Of a stretch of 64,000 nt of DNA, positions 18,953-27,939 are shown piece after piece. The first letter of the stretch is position 1, and each line of letters begins with the position of its first letter. This stretch comes from a virus (lineage: Duplodnaviria; Caudoviricetes), in the IMG/VR virus record IMGVR_UViG_3300031760_000029, positions 1 through 64,000 of that record; one strand, written 5' to 3'. The notes below the pieces were generated by a model, which ran no database searches, was not told where the DNA came from, and worked only from the letters and a program-made list of their open reading frames with translations. Both the position numbers and the translations under genes were made by a program.

Positions 18953-19936
18953 TCACGCCACCTGCACGTCATCCAGCATACTCCACAGAATACGCTCCAT
19001 GGTTCCATTCAAACTTGTCTCACGCTTTATCTCCATCCAGCAAATAGTATCAAACATACTTGGTACTCGCGGCGTCTTAATTGTCGCGTGGTATTCACGC
19101 TGGTATAGATTGATGTCAATGCCATATAATGACTTCATCATCTTATAAGCGTCGCTCAGCACCATATTCTTTTCACGCCCAGTCTCGTCGCAGACAACCT
19201 TAAGTAGTTCATTGATATTTTGCTTCCAACTTACGCCATCAAGATTCTTTTCGGATGGGGTAGTAGTTGCATACTCGTGCAGCAACTCCTTCTGTTCTTT
19301 AGTGAGCTCTGTCTTTAGCACTGGCTGCGCGGACTTCTCAACTAGGTCAACAATTAGCTTGTGCTGCTTATTCATAATATCTGAGAAAACTGCTCGGTCT
19401 TCACTAATGACTTTAATAGAGTCCGCCAGCAGAGACTTTAATTCATTTACAGTATCTACTAACATTTGAACATCTGTGCTTACTGTCTCTATGGAATTAT
19501 CTTCTGTTTTATCAAGAAGAGTAGTGCGAACAGCTTTTGCAATTTCAGACTGCTGTAATAACATACCAATTCTCAATACGGCGCGTTTAGGATAAATACG
19601 CATTCCGAGATTAGGAATTGTAATTGAAGATCCATCATTGAAATCAAACGTCACAGCGCCTCTTTTTTTAGAAATGTTTTGAACCAACTTTTGTTGGGTC
19701 AAGAAATCGGAAGGATGAATCTTGCGCATCCCGTCGCTCAGAAACTCGTCCATGTTTGCCTTTGTGATTTTACGAATAGCTTCGTCCGTTACCTCGTAAT
19801 AATTCGCTACCATCTGAGTGGTCACAAAGTCAGTGCTGGAAATAGTCATAAGTTTTTTAACCTTCTCAAGTACATATACCTTGTCCATATTAGCATCACG
19901 CAGTTCACGATTTGTTAATAATACTTCGTTTTCCAT
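18953..19936 (-). CDS. Putative antirepressor-like DNA-binding protein (327 aa)
   Basis: Start reassigned to ATG 19936; N-terminal TTQMVANYYEV...AIRK HTH-like segment, central coiled coil, ORF6C-like C-terminus. Confidence 0.5.
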   Translation of the reverse strand: MENEVLLTNRELRDANMDKVYVLEKVKKLMTISSTDFVTTQMVANYYEVTDEAIRKITKANMDEFLSDGMRKIHPSDFLTQQKLVQNISKKRGAVTFDFNDGSSITIPNLGMRIYPKRAVLRIGMLLQQSEIAKAVRTTLLDKTEDNSIETVSTDVQMLVDTVNELKSLLADSIKVISEDRAVFSDIMNKQHKLIVDLVEKSAQPVLKTELTKEQKELLHEYATTTPSEKNLDGVSWKQNINELLKVVCDETGREKNMVLSDAYKMMKSLYGIDINLYQREYHATIKTPRVPSMFDTICWMEIKRETSLNGTMERILWSMLDDVQVA

Positions 19937-19967
19937 ATTTGCATCTCCTTTTTGCATAAATGAACAG

Positions 19968-20351
19968 TTACTCTTGTACCATCCAATGACCAGGTTCTAC
20001 CTCAATTAGAAGTGCGTAACAACACAATCTAAGATCTCCATCTAAATCAGCAAACATATGCATGTCGTTACTGTGTGTAATCTGAACTACCTCCTCGTCC
20101 GCTTCCTCGTCATACATTTTTACAGCCGCATAGAATTCATTGTTTAATCCAACAGCGAAGATGGCTGACTCGTGGCATTCGTGTTGATATAGAAGATATG
20201 CCATACTATGAAATAGATCAGTATCTTCTTCGAATACAAATGGTACCTTTTCGCCGCAGTCATCAATGGGACACTTTAGAAAGTTACGCTTGCGATTTAG
20301 ACCGTACAATATAAAGTTGTTAATGTAAATTTCATTCTTTGGTTTTGTCAT
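19968..20351 (-). CDS. Hypothetical protein (127 aa)
   Basis: GGAGGGG RBS; co-oriented. Confidence 0.65.
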   Translation of the reverse strand: MTKPKNEIYINNFILYGLNRKRNFLKCPIDDCGEKVPFVFEEDTDLFHSMAYLLYQHECHESAIFAVGLNNEFYAAVKMYDEEADEEVVQITHSNDMHMFADLDGDLRLCCYALLIEVEPGHWMVQE

Positions 20352-20359
20352 AGCCCCTC

Positions 20360-20986
20360 CTAATTTAATACAGCGCTTTCTGCCTTGTACTTTTCAATAA
20401 GATCCTCAACATCATCAATTATTCCATCTGAGCAACTGCACGAACAATTGCGCAAGCATTGTATCTCAGCTATTAGCTTATCAAGAATCTCCGCCATATC
20501 AGCCTTTAATCGGACTTCGTAGTCGGTTTTAGAAATTGCAGTACCGTTAGATACACAACTTTCTGATTTGCAAATAGAACATAAACTATCAAGTGTTTCT
20601 CTTTTACCCGTTATAATCCCAAGAATAATATTTCTCTCGTTAAGGCAAGAACCCATGTAAGCCATCTTATCAGCAACATCTTCTGCTATCTTTTTACGTT
20701 CAGCCTTTAATCTTGCTTCGTATGTTGGTTGCACTACATAATTTCCGCAGTTATCAGGCTCTATGTGCGGTGGCATATAAAAAGCACATTTCGTCCTAAC
20801 AATGCCTGATTGAAATTCACATCCGTGATTTGAACAGGAATCGCATAAATTATCCGATGTATTATCCTGCTCTATACCATATTCTTTTGCTATATCTTCT
20901 GGTATTTTTAAGTCCTTATTACCTGTAATGCCTTTCGTAAATTCCGTGAATCCTATTATGGCTTGCTTTGTATCGTCTTTATTCAT
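20360..20986 (-). CDS. Mosaic Cys-rich accessory protein (208 aa)
   Basis: Internal repeat YEARLKAE/YEVRLKAD, LDKLIAEI module, KAES end. Confidence 0.7.
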   Translation of the reverse strand: MNKDDTKQAIIGFTEFTKGITGNKDLKIPEDIAKEYGIEQDNTSDNLCDSCSNHGCEFQSGIVRTKCAFYMPPHIEPDNCGNYVVQPTYEARLKAERKKIAEDVADKMAYMGSCLNERNIILGIITGKRETLDSLCSICKSESCVSNGTAISKTDYEVRLKADMAEILDKLIAEIQCLRNCSCSCSDGIIDDVEDLIEKYKAESAVLN

Positions 20987-20989
20987 TTT

Positions 20990-21244
20990 TTATCCTTTCA
21001 TGTTTGCCTTACTTCTCAAATATTCAATAGCCTTTTCATAAGCATTTACACATTCATTTAATGGGCATCCTAAAATACTGTGCAATAAATACGGTATTAT
21101 GGAATCTATACAATATTCTGATAATAGCGTACCTTTTCTAATAACAGTTTCTATTGCTTTTCGATCCTGTTCATCTATCTCCGATCCATTATCAAATAGC
21201 CGTGTATAAAGATTCTTGTCTATATCAATCAATATCTTCATCAT
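20990..21244 (-). CDS. Hypothetical protein (84 aa)
   Basis: AAGGAG RBS; co-oriented. Confidence 0.65.
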   Translation of the reverse strand: MMKILIDIDKNLYTRLFDNGSEIDEQDRKAIETVIRKGTLLSEYCIDSIIPYLLHSILGCPLNECVNAYEKAIEYLRSKANMKG

Positions 21245-21296
21245 TATTCTCCTTGCCTTCTGCCTTGTATGACATTATAGGATTGATACTTACATC

Positions 21297-21605
21297 TTAT
21301 TCCTCGCTTTCTTTAATATACGGCTCTGGTTCATTAGTGTAATAATACATATATGCAACAGCGTTTTTTGCTACAGCATTATTACTCCATTCCGTCATGT
21401 CGTAATAAATATCATCAACCAAAAATATGTTGTCCACATATTTATATGTCACCCATATTCTTCTGTCTTTCGGAAATTCCTTTAATGGATCAGAAACAGG
21501 AATCCACTTCTGTTCCAACGCCTCCCGTATCTGCTTGCAAGTCTTTTCATTCCACGTTTCCTCACAAGCCCGCATTGCAAGTCTATATGCTTCTTCTCTT
21601 GTCAT
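21297..21605 (-). CDS. Mosaic accessory protein (MTREEA...KWIPVS...KESEE)
   Basis: GGAGG RBS; shares its first 18 nt with the ORF at 57394. Confidence 0.7.
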   Translation of the reverse strand: MTREEAYRLAMRACEETWNEKTCKQIREALEQKWIPVSDPLKEFPKDRRIWVTYKYVDNIFLVDDIYYDMTEWSNNAVAKNAVAYMYYYTNEPEPYIKESEE

Positions 21606-21829
21606 GCTCCACCTCCATAGGAATCAAGATAATACATCACAGCGTCTTTATACTCATTGTTTCCCGTGAGATATCTAAGCATATTAACAAATGCATCCGC
21701 ATCCTCATCTGATCGCAGCTGGCCAATTACATAGTCGCAATTGTTGTGCTGGATCATGATCACTGGTTTCTTGCGCTCTGGTATGTGGCCAACTATGAGA
21801 CCGAGATTATTTCTTTTGTAGCCAGTCAT
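21602..21829 (-). CDS. Hypothetical protein (75 aa)
   Basis: AAGGAGG RBS directly behind the promoter at 21853-21898. Confidence 0.7.
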   Translation of the reverse strand: MTGYKRNNLGLIVGHIPERKKPVIMIQHNNCDYVIGQLRSDEDADAFVNMLRYLTGNNEYKDAVMYYLDSYGGGA

Positions 21830-21852
21830 ATTGCCTCCTTAAAAATCATACA

Positions 21853-21898
21853 CTCGCGTTACACGATTAATTTTAGGACGCGTCACGCGCAAAGTCAA
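21853..21898 (-). promoter_or_regulatory. Sigma70-type promoter with ACGCG repeats
   Basis: TTGACT-17 nt-TAAAAT(TAA); spacer TTGCGCGTGACGCGTCC. Confidence 0.75.
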
Positions 21899-22679
21899 CC
21901 GAAAAAATGGACAAATCATAAAAATTCTCCCCAGTCTCATCATTTTTGCGCTGACAGTAGTCGCGGATCTCTTCCATAATAACAGGATCGTATGTATGGC
22001 CTGCCTTCACACGGTTATACATCTGGGTCATGCGACGCTTGATATTGGAAGCTTTGGTTACGCGGCCATCATTTCCACGGGCTTGTCCCTGCATGATAAT
22101 AGCCTCTTTATCTTCAAAGCGCCCGTATGTGTTTGTCGCGCCAACCCCCCTATATACATATATCAATGACATTTTCTCCAGGATAGAAAGGTAGCGCGTA
22201 ATAATTGTTGCGTCATTGTCGAGAATACCAGCCAGTGATTCGATACTCCAGTATGCGCACTTCTTCTCAATATTTATTGTACTCAAAAAAATGAGATAGT
22301 AGCGTATTACTGCGTTTGGACAACTGGTTTCACGCATTATGCGACGAATATCATCAGCACCAACTTGAACAAAGTATTGATAATTTGAAGAATTAAACGA
22401 ATCGCGCAAGATTATATAATGCTTACGATCGACTCGTTCACCCTTTAAATATCCAGCTTCTAATAGGTTGCGTATAGAATCCGCAATATTTGCCACCATA
22501 TTTTGAGTATAAACATAATCCTCTTTCATCTGATATGCAATCTGAGACGCATCTATCATAGATTTGGATTTATATACACTATACGTTTCCATAAGAATAT
22601 AACACCAGACCGTAACATCCATATGTGTACACCCCTGATCTCTTATTAATTCCTGTGGAACAAAAATGGGATTGCGCAT
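21873..22679 (-). CDS. Winged-HTH protein, possibly replication initiator or regulator (268 aa)
   Basis: Start at ATG 22679 behind GGAGG; WSIESLAGIL...TIITRYLSILEKMSLIYV wHTH-like segment; palindrome and direct repeats upstream. Confidence 0.5.
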   Translation of the reverse strand: MRNPIFVPQELIRDQGCTHMDVTVWCYILMETYSVYKSKSMIDASQIAYQMKEDYVYTQNMVANIADSIRNLLEAGYLKGERVDRKHYIILRDSFNSSNYQYFVQVGADDIRRIMRETSCPNAVIRYYLIFLSTINIEKKCAYWSIESLAGILDNDATIITRYLSILEKMSLIYVYRGVGATNTYGRFEDKEAIIMQGQARGNDGRVTKASNIKRRMTQMYNRVKAGHTYDPVIMEEIRDYCQRKNDETGENFYDLSIFSVDFARDAS

Positions 22680-22687
22680 TATACCTC

Positions 22688-22746
22688 CTGACCTATTGGT
22701 CACCAATAGGTCAGACTGGGGAGTGTGTCCTATTGGTAACCAATCG
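22688..22746. promoter_or_regulatory. 27-bp perfect palindrome plus partial second copy (operator-like)
   Basis: CTGACCTATTGGT-C-ACCAATAGGTCAG (22688-22714); CCTATTGGT-A-ACCAAT from 22729. Confidence 0.7.
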
Positions 22747-22760
22747 AAAAATACATTTCA

Positions 22761-22796
22761 AACTAAATAACATACATATAACTAAATAACATACAT
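22761..22796. repeat. 17-bp direct repeat x2, 19-bp period
   Basis: AACTAAATAACATACAT at 22761 and 22780. Confidence 0.85.
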
Positions 22797-23109
22797 TTGA
22801 GTAATTTACTTCGTAAATTACTCTCGTGGAGTTGGGTTCGGTGAAATTATATCCCCCGTGAAATCGAAAGTCAACCATTTAAATTTGGAATTTGTTGGTG
22901 AGTGGAATATGTGAATGGGTGTCTGAGACATCTCAGAATCTCTTGTACGGGGTTTTAGATTATCGGGTGGGAAAATATTAATTATGGATGCGGAATTGAA
23001 TGTGGGGCATTCTGAGAGGAAATAAATATATATATTATTTAATTATAATGTGAAAAATGTGGATAAGTATGTGGATAAGTTATTAATTTTGGTGCGGATT
23101 GCGCGATGT

Positions 23110-23191
23110 GGGTGTCGATGGGGATCTGGGAATGCGATTGGCTGGAGAGCGCGGTGGGAGTGGGGATGGGGGAGGAGGAGATGTGGGAGGG
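23110..23191 (+). other. G-rich tract with G-quadruplex potential
   Basis: G runs at 23156-58, 23162-65, 23168-72, 23185-87, 23189-91, plus three more from 23110. Confidence 0.5.
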
Positions 23192-23470
23192 AGAGTGTAC
23201 TGGATTACGTATATTGGTGTATGAAAAAGCGATCTTGATATACGATATGCCGTAATATAAATGTGCGGTATGCCGAATATAATTCGTGGTGTGTGAATGA
23301 AACAGCTAGCTGCAGAACGCGCGGTTTGGCGGGTTTTTTCGCTATAAATACCCCCGCAACATTAAATAGTTATTTATTCACATAATAGATTTTACGATAC
23401 AATGTCACCAGTAGCACATAACACCACTTGCGGCGCGACCGACCCCCGTATCGGCGAGGAAGGATACAAC

Positions 23471-24619
23471 ATGAATGCAACCATCACATCTTACGGAATG
23501 AAAAAAGTCCATGGCGAGTACACGCCCGCCAACTACAACCATGACACAAACGCCACGATAGGCGTCCACATGGAAACATCTATACTTATGATGGATGGTG
23601 AAACTGTACTGGAATGGGTCGCGCGGGCGTCCATCCACCATGCAATCGCGACATCTATCATCCGCACCATGGCGCGCGGGCGCGACCGTAACGCCGCAAC
23701 CTGTCAAAATATTATCAATCATGGCGGGCGGTACGATGCTATTCGCGGGCGGTTTACATGGAATGATGCGATTTACGAAGATGTCGCGACATCCGTATTC
23801 ATGGCAATCATGGACTTATACGGGCGCGGACTGGTATCCTACAATGACGGTCGCTTGGAATTCGGTACATATGAGAATAGCAAGGGCGAGACAAAACCTG
23901 CCTACAATCTAATCTATAAAGCGGTGCGGGATTGCTTTTCAGAATTCGCTACCGATTATGATACAAGCGGGAAACTGGTTGCCTATGATGCTATGGTCAT
24001 GGATGAAGACCACACCGACCACACCGAAACACGCGCGGCGAATTCATACATGACCGATGTTGCGCGGGCGTATGATGGCAATATGGACAATGTATTAAAC
24101 CGCCAGGACGTTTCCGAATTCCTGGAGTATATGCGCGCCAACATGGAACACGCCACATTCGATGCTTGTTACACCGTATTTTGTGGATTGATATGTGGTG
24201 ATAAACAATCTGAAATAGCGCTTGCAATGGGAGTCTCACAACCTATGGTTGCAAAACGTATTCACAAAATCCGCACCATGTACGCAGAATGGACGGGCGC
24301 GGTCACCATTTTGCGCCATGCGAATAGTTTTGAGAGGGGGCGCGCTAATGGTGCCAATTATAGCGACCGCGTGCGCGGCTCTCACATGGTACCGACCGCC
24401 CGCAATGACGCGCCGCACGGAGACATGACAACATCATTCTACAACTTCAGAACGCTATTCCAAAACCGCATGGTCAGAATGGACGGGCAGGACGTGCCGC
24501 ACATCACGCCGCATCATAGCACACTTGCAAGCGCGCCCGAATTGACAACCTACGAAAAAGCACTGAAAAGCGGTTTTGACCAGTACAAGCGCACTGGAAA
24601 GTGCGAATATATCGGATAA
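23471..24619 (+). CDS. Sigma70/ECF-like transcription factor (382 aa)
   Basis: Start at ATG 23471 (GAGGAAGG RBS); region-4 HTH KQSEIALAMGVSQPMVAKRIHKIR; region-2-like YEDVATSVFMAIMDL. Confidence 0.6.
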   Translation: MNATITSYGMKKVHGEYTPANYNHDTNATIGVHMETSILMMDGETVLEWVARASIHHAIATSIIRTMARGRDRNAATCQNIINHGGRYDAIRGRFTWNDAIYEDVATSVFMAIMDLYGRGLVSYNDGRLEFGTYENSKGETKPAYNLIYKAVRDCFSEFATDYDTSGKLVAYDAMVMDEDHTDHTETRAANSYMTDVARAYDGNMDNVLNRQDVSEFLEYMRANMEHATFDACYTVFCGLICGDKQSEIALAMGVSQPMVAKRIHKIRTMYAEWTGAVTILRHANSFERGRANGANYSDRVRGSHMVPTARNDAPHGDMTTSFYNFRTLFQNRMVRMDGQDVPHITPHHSTLASAPELTTYEKALKSGFDQYKRTGKCEYIG

Positions 24620-24636
24620 AAATCAATTAAACGCAT

Positions 24637-24672
24637 GGCGGGCGCGGTTTTCGCGCCCGTCTATTTTTTTTT
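24637..24672 (+). terminator. Intrinsic terminator
   Basis: GGCGGGCGCG-gttt/t-CGCGCCCGTC followed by a T-run. Confidence 0.85.
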
Positions 24673-24803
24673 CATTTTTTGGTTATAAAATCGGCCGGTC
24701 GGCGCGTTTATGTATGTAAGATGGTTTTCATGGTCGATTTTGAAAAATGTTTCATTTTTCGGTTATAAAATCGATTCTGAAAAGCGTTTATACATGAGAG
24801 ATG
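24671..24803 (+). repeat. 53-bp element duplicated with 80-bp period (promoter-like)
   Basis: TTCATTTTTYGGTTATAAAATCG-N10-GCGTTTATRYATGWRAGATG at 24671 and 24751. Confidence 0.8.
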
Positions 24804-24840
24804 AAAAATCATTTTTCATCATTCAATACAGGGTCAAAAC

Positions 24841-25260
24841 ACGTAAGCACTGTGCAGGCTCTAGGTAGATATCCTAGTAAGCATTGGTTCTGTGAGTGAT
24901 TGAAAGATGGTCTATCGTCTTTCACGCGTGGCATACAGGACGCGGGAAGAGTTCCTGATGCAGAGGTCTACGCCATACTAAGTGCGCGCACGCGCATGCT
25001 ACGACGTGGACGCGAGATTGGAGCGTTATCCAGTTACGATACGTCAATTAGCGCCCACCCTGGGGCTTCCTGGGGTGGGCTTTTCATTACCAGACCCATT
25101 GCGGGCCGATTTGGGGGTGATGACGGGTGAGGCTGATATTCTACTGGGCGAAGAGCAGGTGGGGTAGCAACCACCGACACGTGCCGCGTACCCGTGGTTA
25201 CCCTGAAATCGGCTCACAATGGTGTGAGCCACGATTCAGCGCGACATGGCGCAGGAAGGA
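24841..25260 (+). ncRNA. Candidate large structured RNA / regulatory leader
   Basis: GC-rich, no credible ORF, at least 8 stems, including a terminator-like GCCCACCC/GGGTGGGC+TTTT at 25053-25084. Confidence 0.5.
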
Positions 25261-25267
25261 CAAAATC

Positions 25268-26074
25268 ATGGCTAACAGTAATCTGGCAACTATCAAATCT
25301 GCAATCGTCAAGGCTCGCGAGGAGCACAACAGGCACGCCCTGAACAAGAAGGACTTCGAGGATCAGGGGCTGACAGAGCAGGCTTTCGAGCAGTGGTGCG
25401 AGTACATCAAGGAGCTTCGCATTGTGGCGGTTGAGTATGTCAATCTCACCGAGCAGATTGACGCTACCGACCGTCAGATCGAGACTGCACGGCGTAAGGT
25501 CTGGGCTGCGTGGCAGGACGTACTCAAGCATGGCACTGACAAGGATTTCGACCCGCACTTCTTCATCCGCAAAGAGGACGCGACCAAGATTGGTCACTGG
25601 GCTTCTTTCACGACGATCGATACTGCGGTGGGTCGGATGGCGACGAATAATTCGCTGACCGAGTTCCGCAAGAGGGTTGAGATTCTGATTGGCATCCGCA
25701 TGGCTGGTAATGAAATGCTCGACGACGACAAGCGCGACCTGATCGCTGCTTACGAGGGTGCGGTACGGAGTATCACGAACTGCAACAATCTGCTCGACGG
25801 TTACAAGCGCGGCGATCAGCAGGTGGTCGGACTCCGGAAGCGGCTGGATGGCGCTAAGGCAGTCGAGCGCAAGCGGCTGGAGCAGGTAAAGAAGTACGGG
25901 ATGACCGAGGAAGAGGCTGAGGATTTCCTCGCGGATGTAAGGGAAACCATCAAGGACCTCGACAAGCAGGTCAAGGATACTGAGAAGACCCTCAAGGAAG
26001 CAATCAAGACCCGCGACGAGAAGCAGAACGACTACAACAACGTCAAGGCAAAGCTCAGGGTCATCGGTATGTAA
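25268..26074 (+). CDS. Hypothetical early protein with C-terminal coiled coil (268 aa)
   Basis: Start at ATG 25268 (AGGAAGGA RBS); very strong optimal-codon bias. Confidence 0.75.
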   Translation: MANSNLATIKSAIVKAREEHNRHALNKKDFEDQGLTEQAFEQWCEYIKELRIVAVEYVNLTEQIDATDRQIETARRKVWAAWQDVLKHGTDKDFDPHFFIRKEDATKIGHWASFTTIDTAVGRMATNNSLTEFRKRVEILIGIRMAGNEMLDDDKRDLIAAYEGAVRSITNCNNLLDGYKRGDQQVVGLRKRLDGAKAVERKRLEQVKKYGMTEEEAEDFLADVRETIKDLDKQVKDTEKTLKEAIKTRDEKQNDYNNVKAKLRVIGM

Positions 26075-26388
26075 GGCAAAGCGCCAAGCGGGGCGCTATA
26101 TAAGTGCCTACGGTGTCAAAACTGTAGGCACTATTCGCCGCACAACTACGACGCAAGGCATACGGGGTGGTTCCCGCTTCGCGTTGGATAGCGGTATGTA
26201 ATGTATATACACAAGGGAAACAGAAACGAGGTGATGACGTGGTAGTAATACGAATGTTAACGCCTTGGCGATATAACGTGTACAAGGCAAACAAACTCAT
26301 CAACGCGTTCACTACGCTTACACAAGCGAGACAGTGGACGTCACAAAACCACTACGACTACATCGTGAAGTGGTAGAAAGGAAGAGAA

Positions 26389-26565
26389 ATGGCACTGATC
26401 GACCGCAAGCGCAACGGAAACGGAGACGAGGTTTCACTCTACGGAGACGCAGACGGAAACTACCTCGTAACCAGTAAAGGCAAAGGGGATCCTTATGCGT
26501 TCCCGCTTTGCGAAGCAAACTGCTACAATGACGCAAGGGATTTCTTCAAGCTCCTGCTCGCTTAA
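26389..26565 (+). CDS. Hypothetical protein (58 aa)
   Basis: GAAAGGAAG RBS; MALIDRKRNG... Confidence 0.55.
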   Translation: MALIDRKRNGNGDEVSLYGDADGNYLVTSKGKGDPYAFPLCEANCYNDARDFFKLLLA

Positions 26566-26679
26566 GACAGGGAAACGCCGTTGGCTGTCAAAGGCAAACG
26601 GCGTACTCGGACGCAAGTCCAAATTGACACTATTAACCCAACCTGCTACAATTCCGTAAGGGAAAGGAGGCGCTACGGA

Positions 26680-27027
26680 ATGAACGACCGACCATTAGGT
26701 GACATCATTTACGATCCAACTCCAACGCTGCTCGATCCGCCTTACCGCAAGAGTGACATTGCGGCAAACGAATGGAAAGAGGTGCGTGGTCTGTTGGAAA
26801 AGCTCAGAGACGAAGGCAAATTGACCTTCACGGCTGACGATGAGGAAACGCCGTATGAGCTACACACATTTCAGGTGCATTGGATATTCAACGACACTGG
26901 TGATTGCGAGTTAGAAGCGAAACGAGTAGCGGAAATATTATCTCGAGTCACCACTCTAATCACGGACGAAAAGGATTCATCTTGGTGGCAACTATCACGC
27001 AAGATATATATACCGTCTGATGATTGA
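26680..27027 (+). CDS. Hypothetical protein (115 aa)
   Basis: Start at ATG 26680 behind GAAAGGAGG. Confidence 0.7.
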   Translation: MNDRPLGDIIYDPTPTLLDPPYRKSDIAANEWKEVRGLLEKLRDEGKLTFTADDEETPYELHTFQVHWIFNDTGDCELEAKRVAEILSRVTTLITDEKDSSWWQLSRKIYIPSDD

Positions 27028-27075
27028 CATTATAGCGCCAAAGGGAAACCTGAGGCGCTATCTTTATGCCTACAC

Positions 27076-27123
27076 GCACTAAAATTAGTGCTTGACAAAT
27101 AGATAATTGCAAACTAAAATTAA
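27076..27123 (+). promoter_or_regulatory. Strong sigma70 promoter with upstream palindrome
   Basis: GCACTAA-aa-TTAGTGC abutting TTGACA (27092-97), 17 nt, TAAAAT (27115-20). Confidence 0.8.
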
Positions 27124-27146
27124 AATCCCAACGGAAAGGAGTACAA

Positions 27147-27302
27147 ATGTTCGATATCATTTTCGCCGTAGCCTACGGCCTGTTAATGTTCTACCTGGCG
27201 TTCTTTATGACGCCAGACCTGGCACTCATAACGATCATCATTGTTGGCGGCATTGTCCTTGTGACGTCCGTCAAGGCAATTCGCCGCTTGGTGAAAGGAT
27301 GA
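27147..27302 (+). CDS. Small two-TM membrane protein (51 aa)
   Basis: GAAAGGAG RBS; MFDIIFAVAYGLLMFYLAFF...KAIRRLVKG. Confidence 0.7.
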   Translation: MFDIIFAVAYGLLMFYLAFFMTPDLALITIIIVGGIVLVTSVKAIRRLVKG

Positions 27303-27306
27303 CGCA

Positions 27307-27585
27307 ATGAAAGACGTAATCATCACAATCGCGATCTGCATCACTCTGCTTGCAATCACTATGCAGATCACCAAGGCAGACGAATATCCCGCTACGATGC
27401 TGGTGACGGAACTCGAATATGCAACCGACACGGTTGTATGCGAGGACGGCAACGGAAACCTGTGGGAGTTCAAGGGAATCGAGGACTGGATGGTAGGCGA
27501 TAGAGTCGCCGCAATCATGTCCACCAAGGGAACTAAGTCGATCTATGACGACGAATTCGTCATGGTGAGATATAACGCAAACTAA
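27307..27585 (+). CDS. Secreted or membrane-anchored hypothetical protein (92 aa)
   Basis: Hydrophobic N-terminal signal-like segment. Confidence 0.7.
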   Translation: MKDVIITIAICITLLAITMQITKADEYPATMLVTELEYATDTVVCEDGNGNLWEFKGIEDWMVGDRVAAIMSTKGTKSIYDDEFVMVRYNAN

Positions 27586-27607
27586 CACTAATAAGGAGGG
27601 AAAAGAA

Positions 27608-27931
27608 ATGGCAAATTGGTATTCAAACAAGAAATCAGCACAGAAGAAGGATGACGATTTCAAGTACGAGATACTGGAGGAGTGCGGCACAATCAGCGAA
27701 CGAAACAACGGATACGAGCTGAAGTTACGGTTGATCAAGTGGGGAGACAATGACCCTAAGTACGACATCCGTCTGTGGAAAACAACAGAAGAGGGCGGAG
27801 AGAAACAGTTCAAGGTAAATACGTTCACTGGAGATGAAATGCAGAATCTGCTTAAGATCCTCAAGAAAATAGACGAGCAGCCCGCAAATAAGCAGCCGCG
27901 TGTGGCAGGAGCAAAGCGCTCCAGAAAGTGA
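27608..27931 (+). CDS. PC4/YdbC-family ssDNA-binding protein
   Basis: YELKLRLIKWGDNDPKYDIRLW...KVNTFT.DE. Confidence 0.8.
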   Translation: MANWYSNKKSAQKKDDDFKYEILEECGTISERNNGYELKLRLIKWGDNDPKYDIRLWKTTEEGGEKQFKVNTFTGDEMQNLLKILKKIDEQPANKQPRVAGAKRSRK

Positions 27932-27939
27932 GGGAAACA

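Noticed and set aside
22688-22714. Protelomerase (telRL) site
   Set aside because: Palindrome has an odd centre, is short, sits on an RBS, and no protelomerase gene is in the window.
22761-22796. CRISPR array
   Set aside because: Only two 17-bp copies with a 2-nt gap; no spacers or cas genes. The palindrome array at 39.6-44.4 kb separates whole genes, not spacers.
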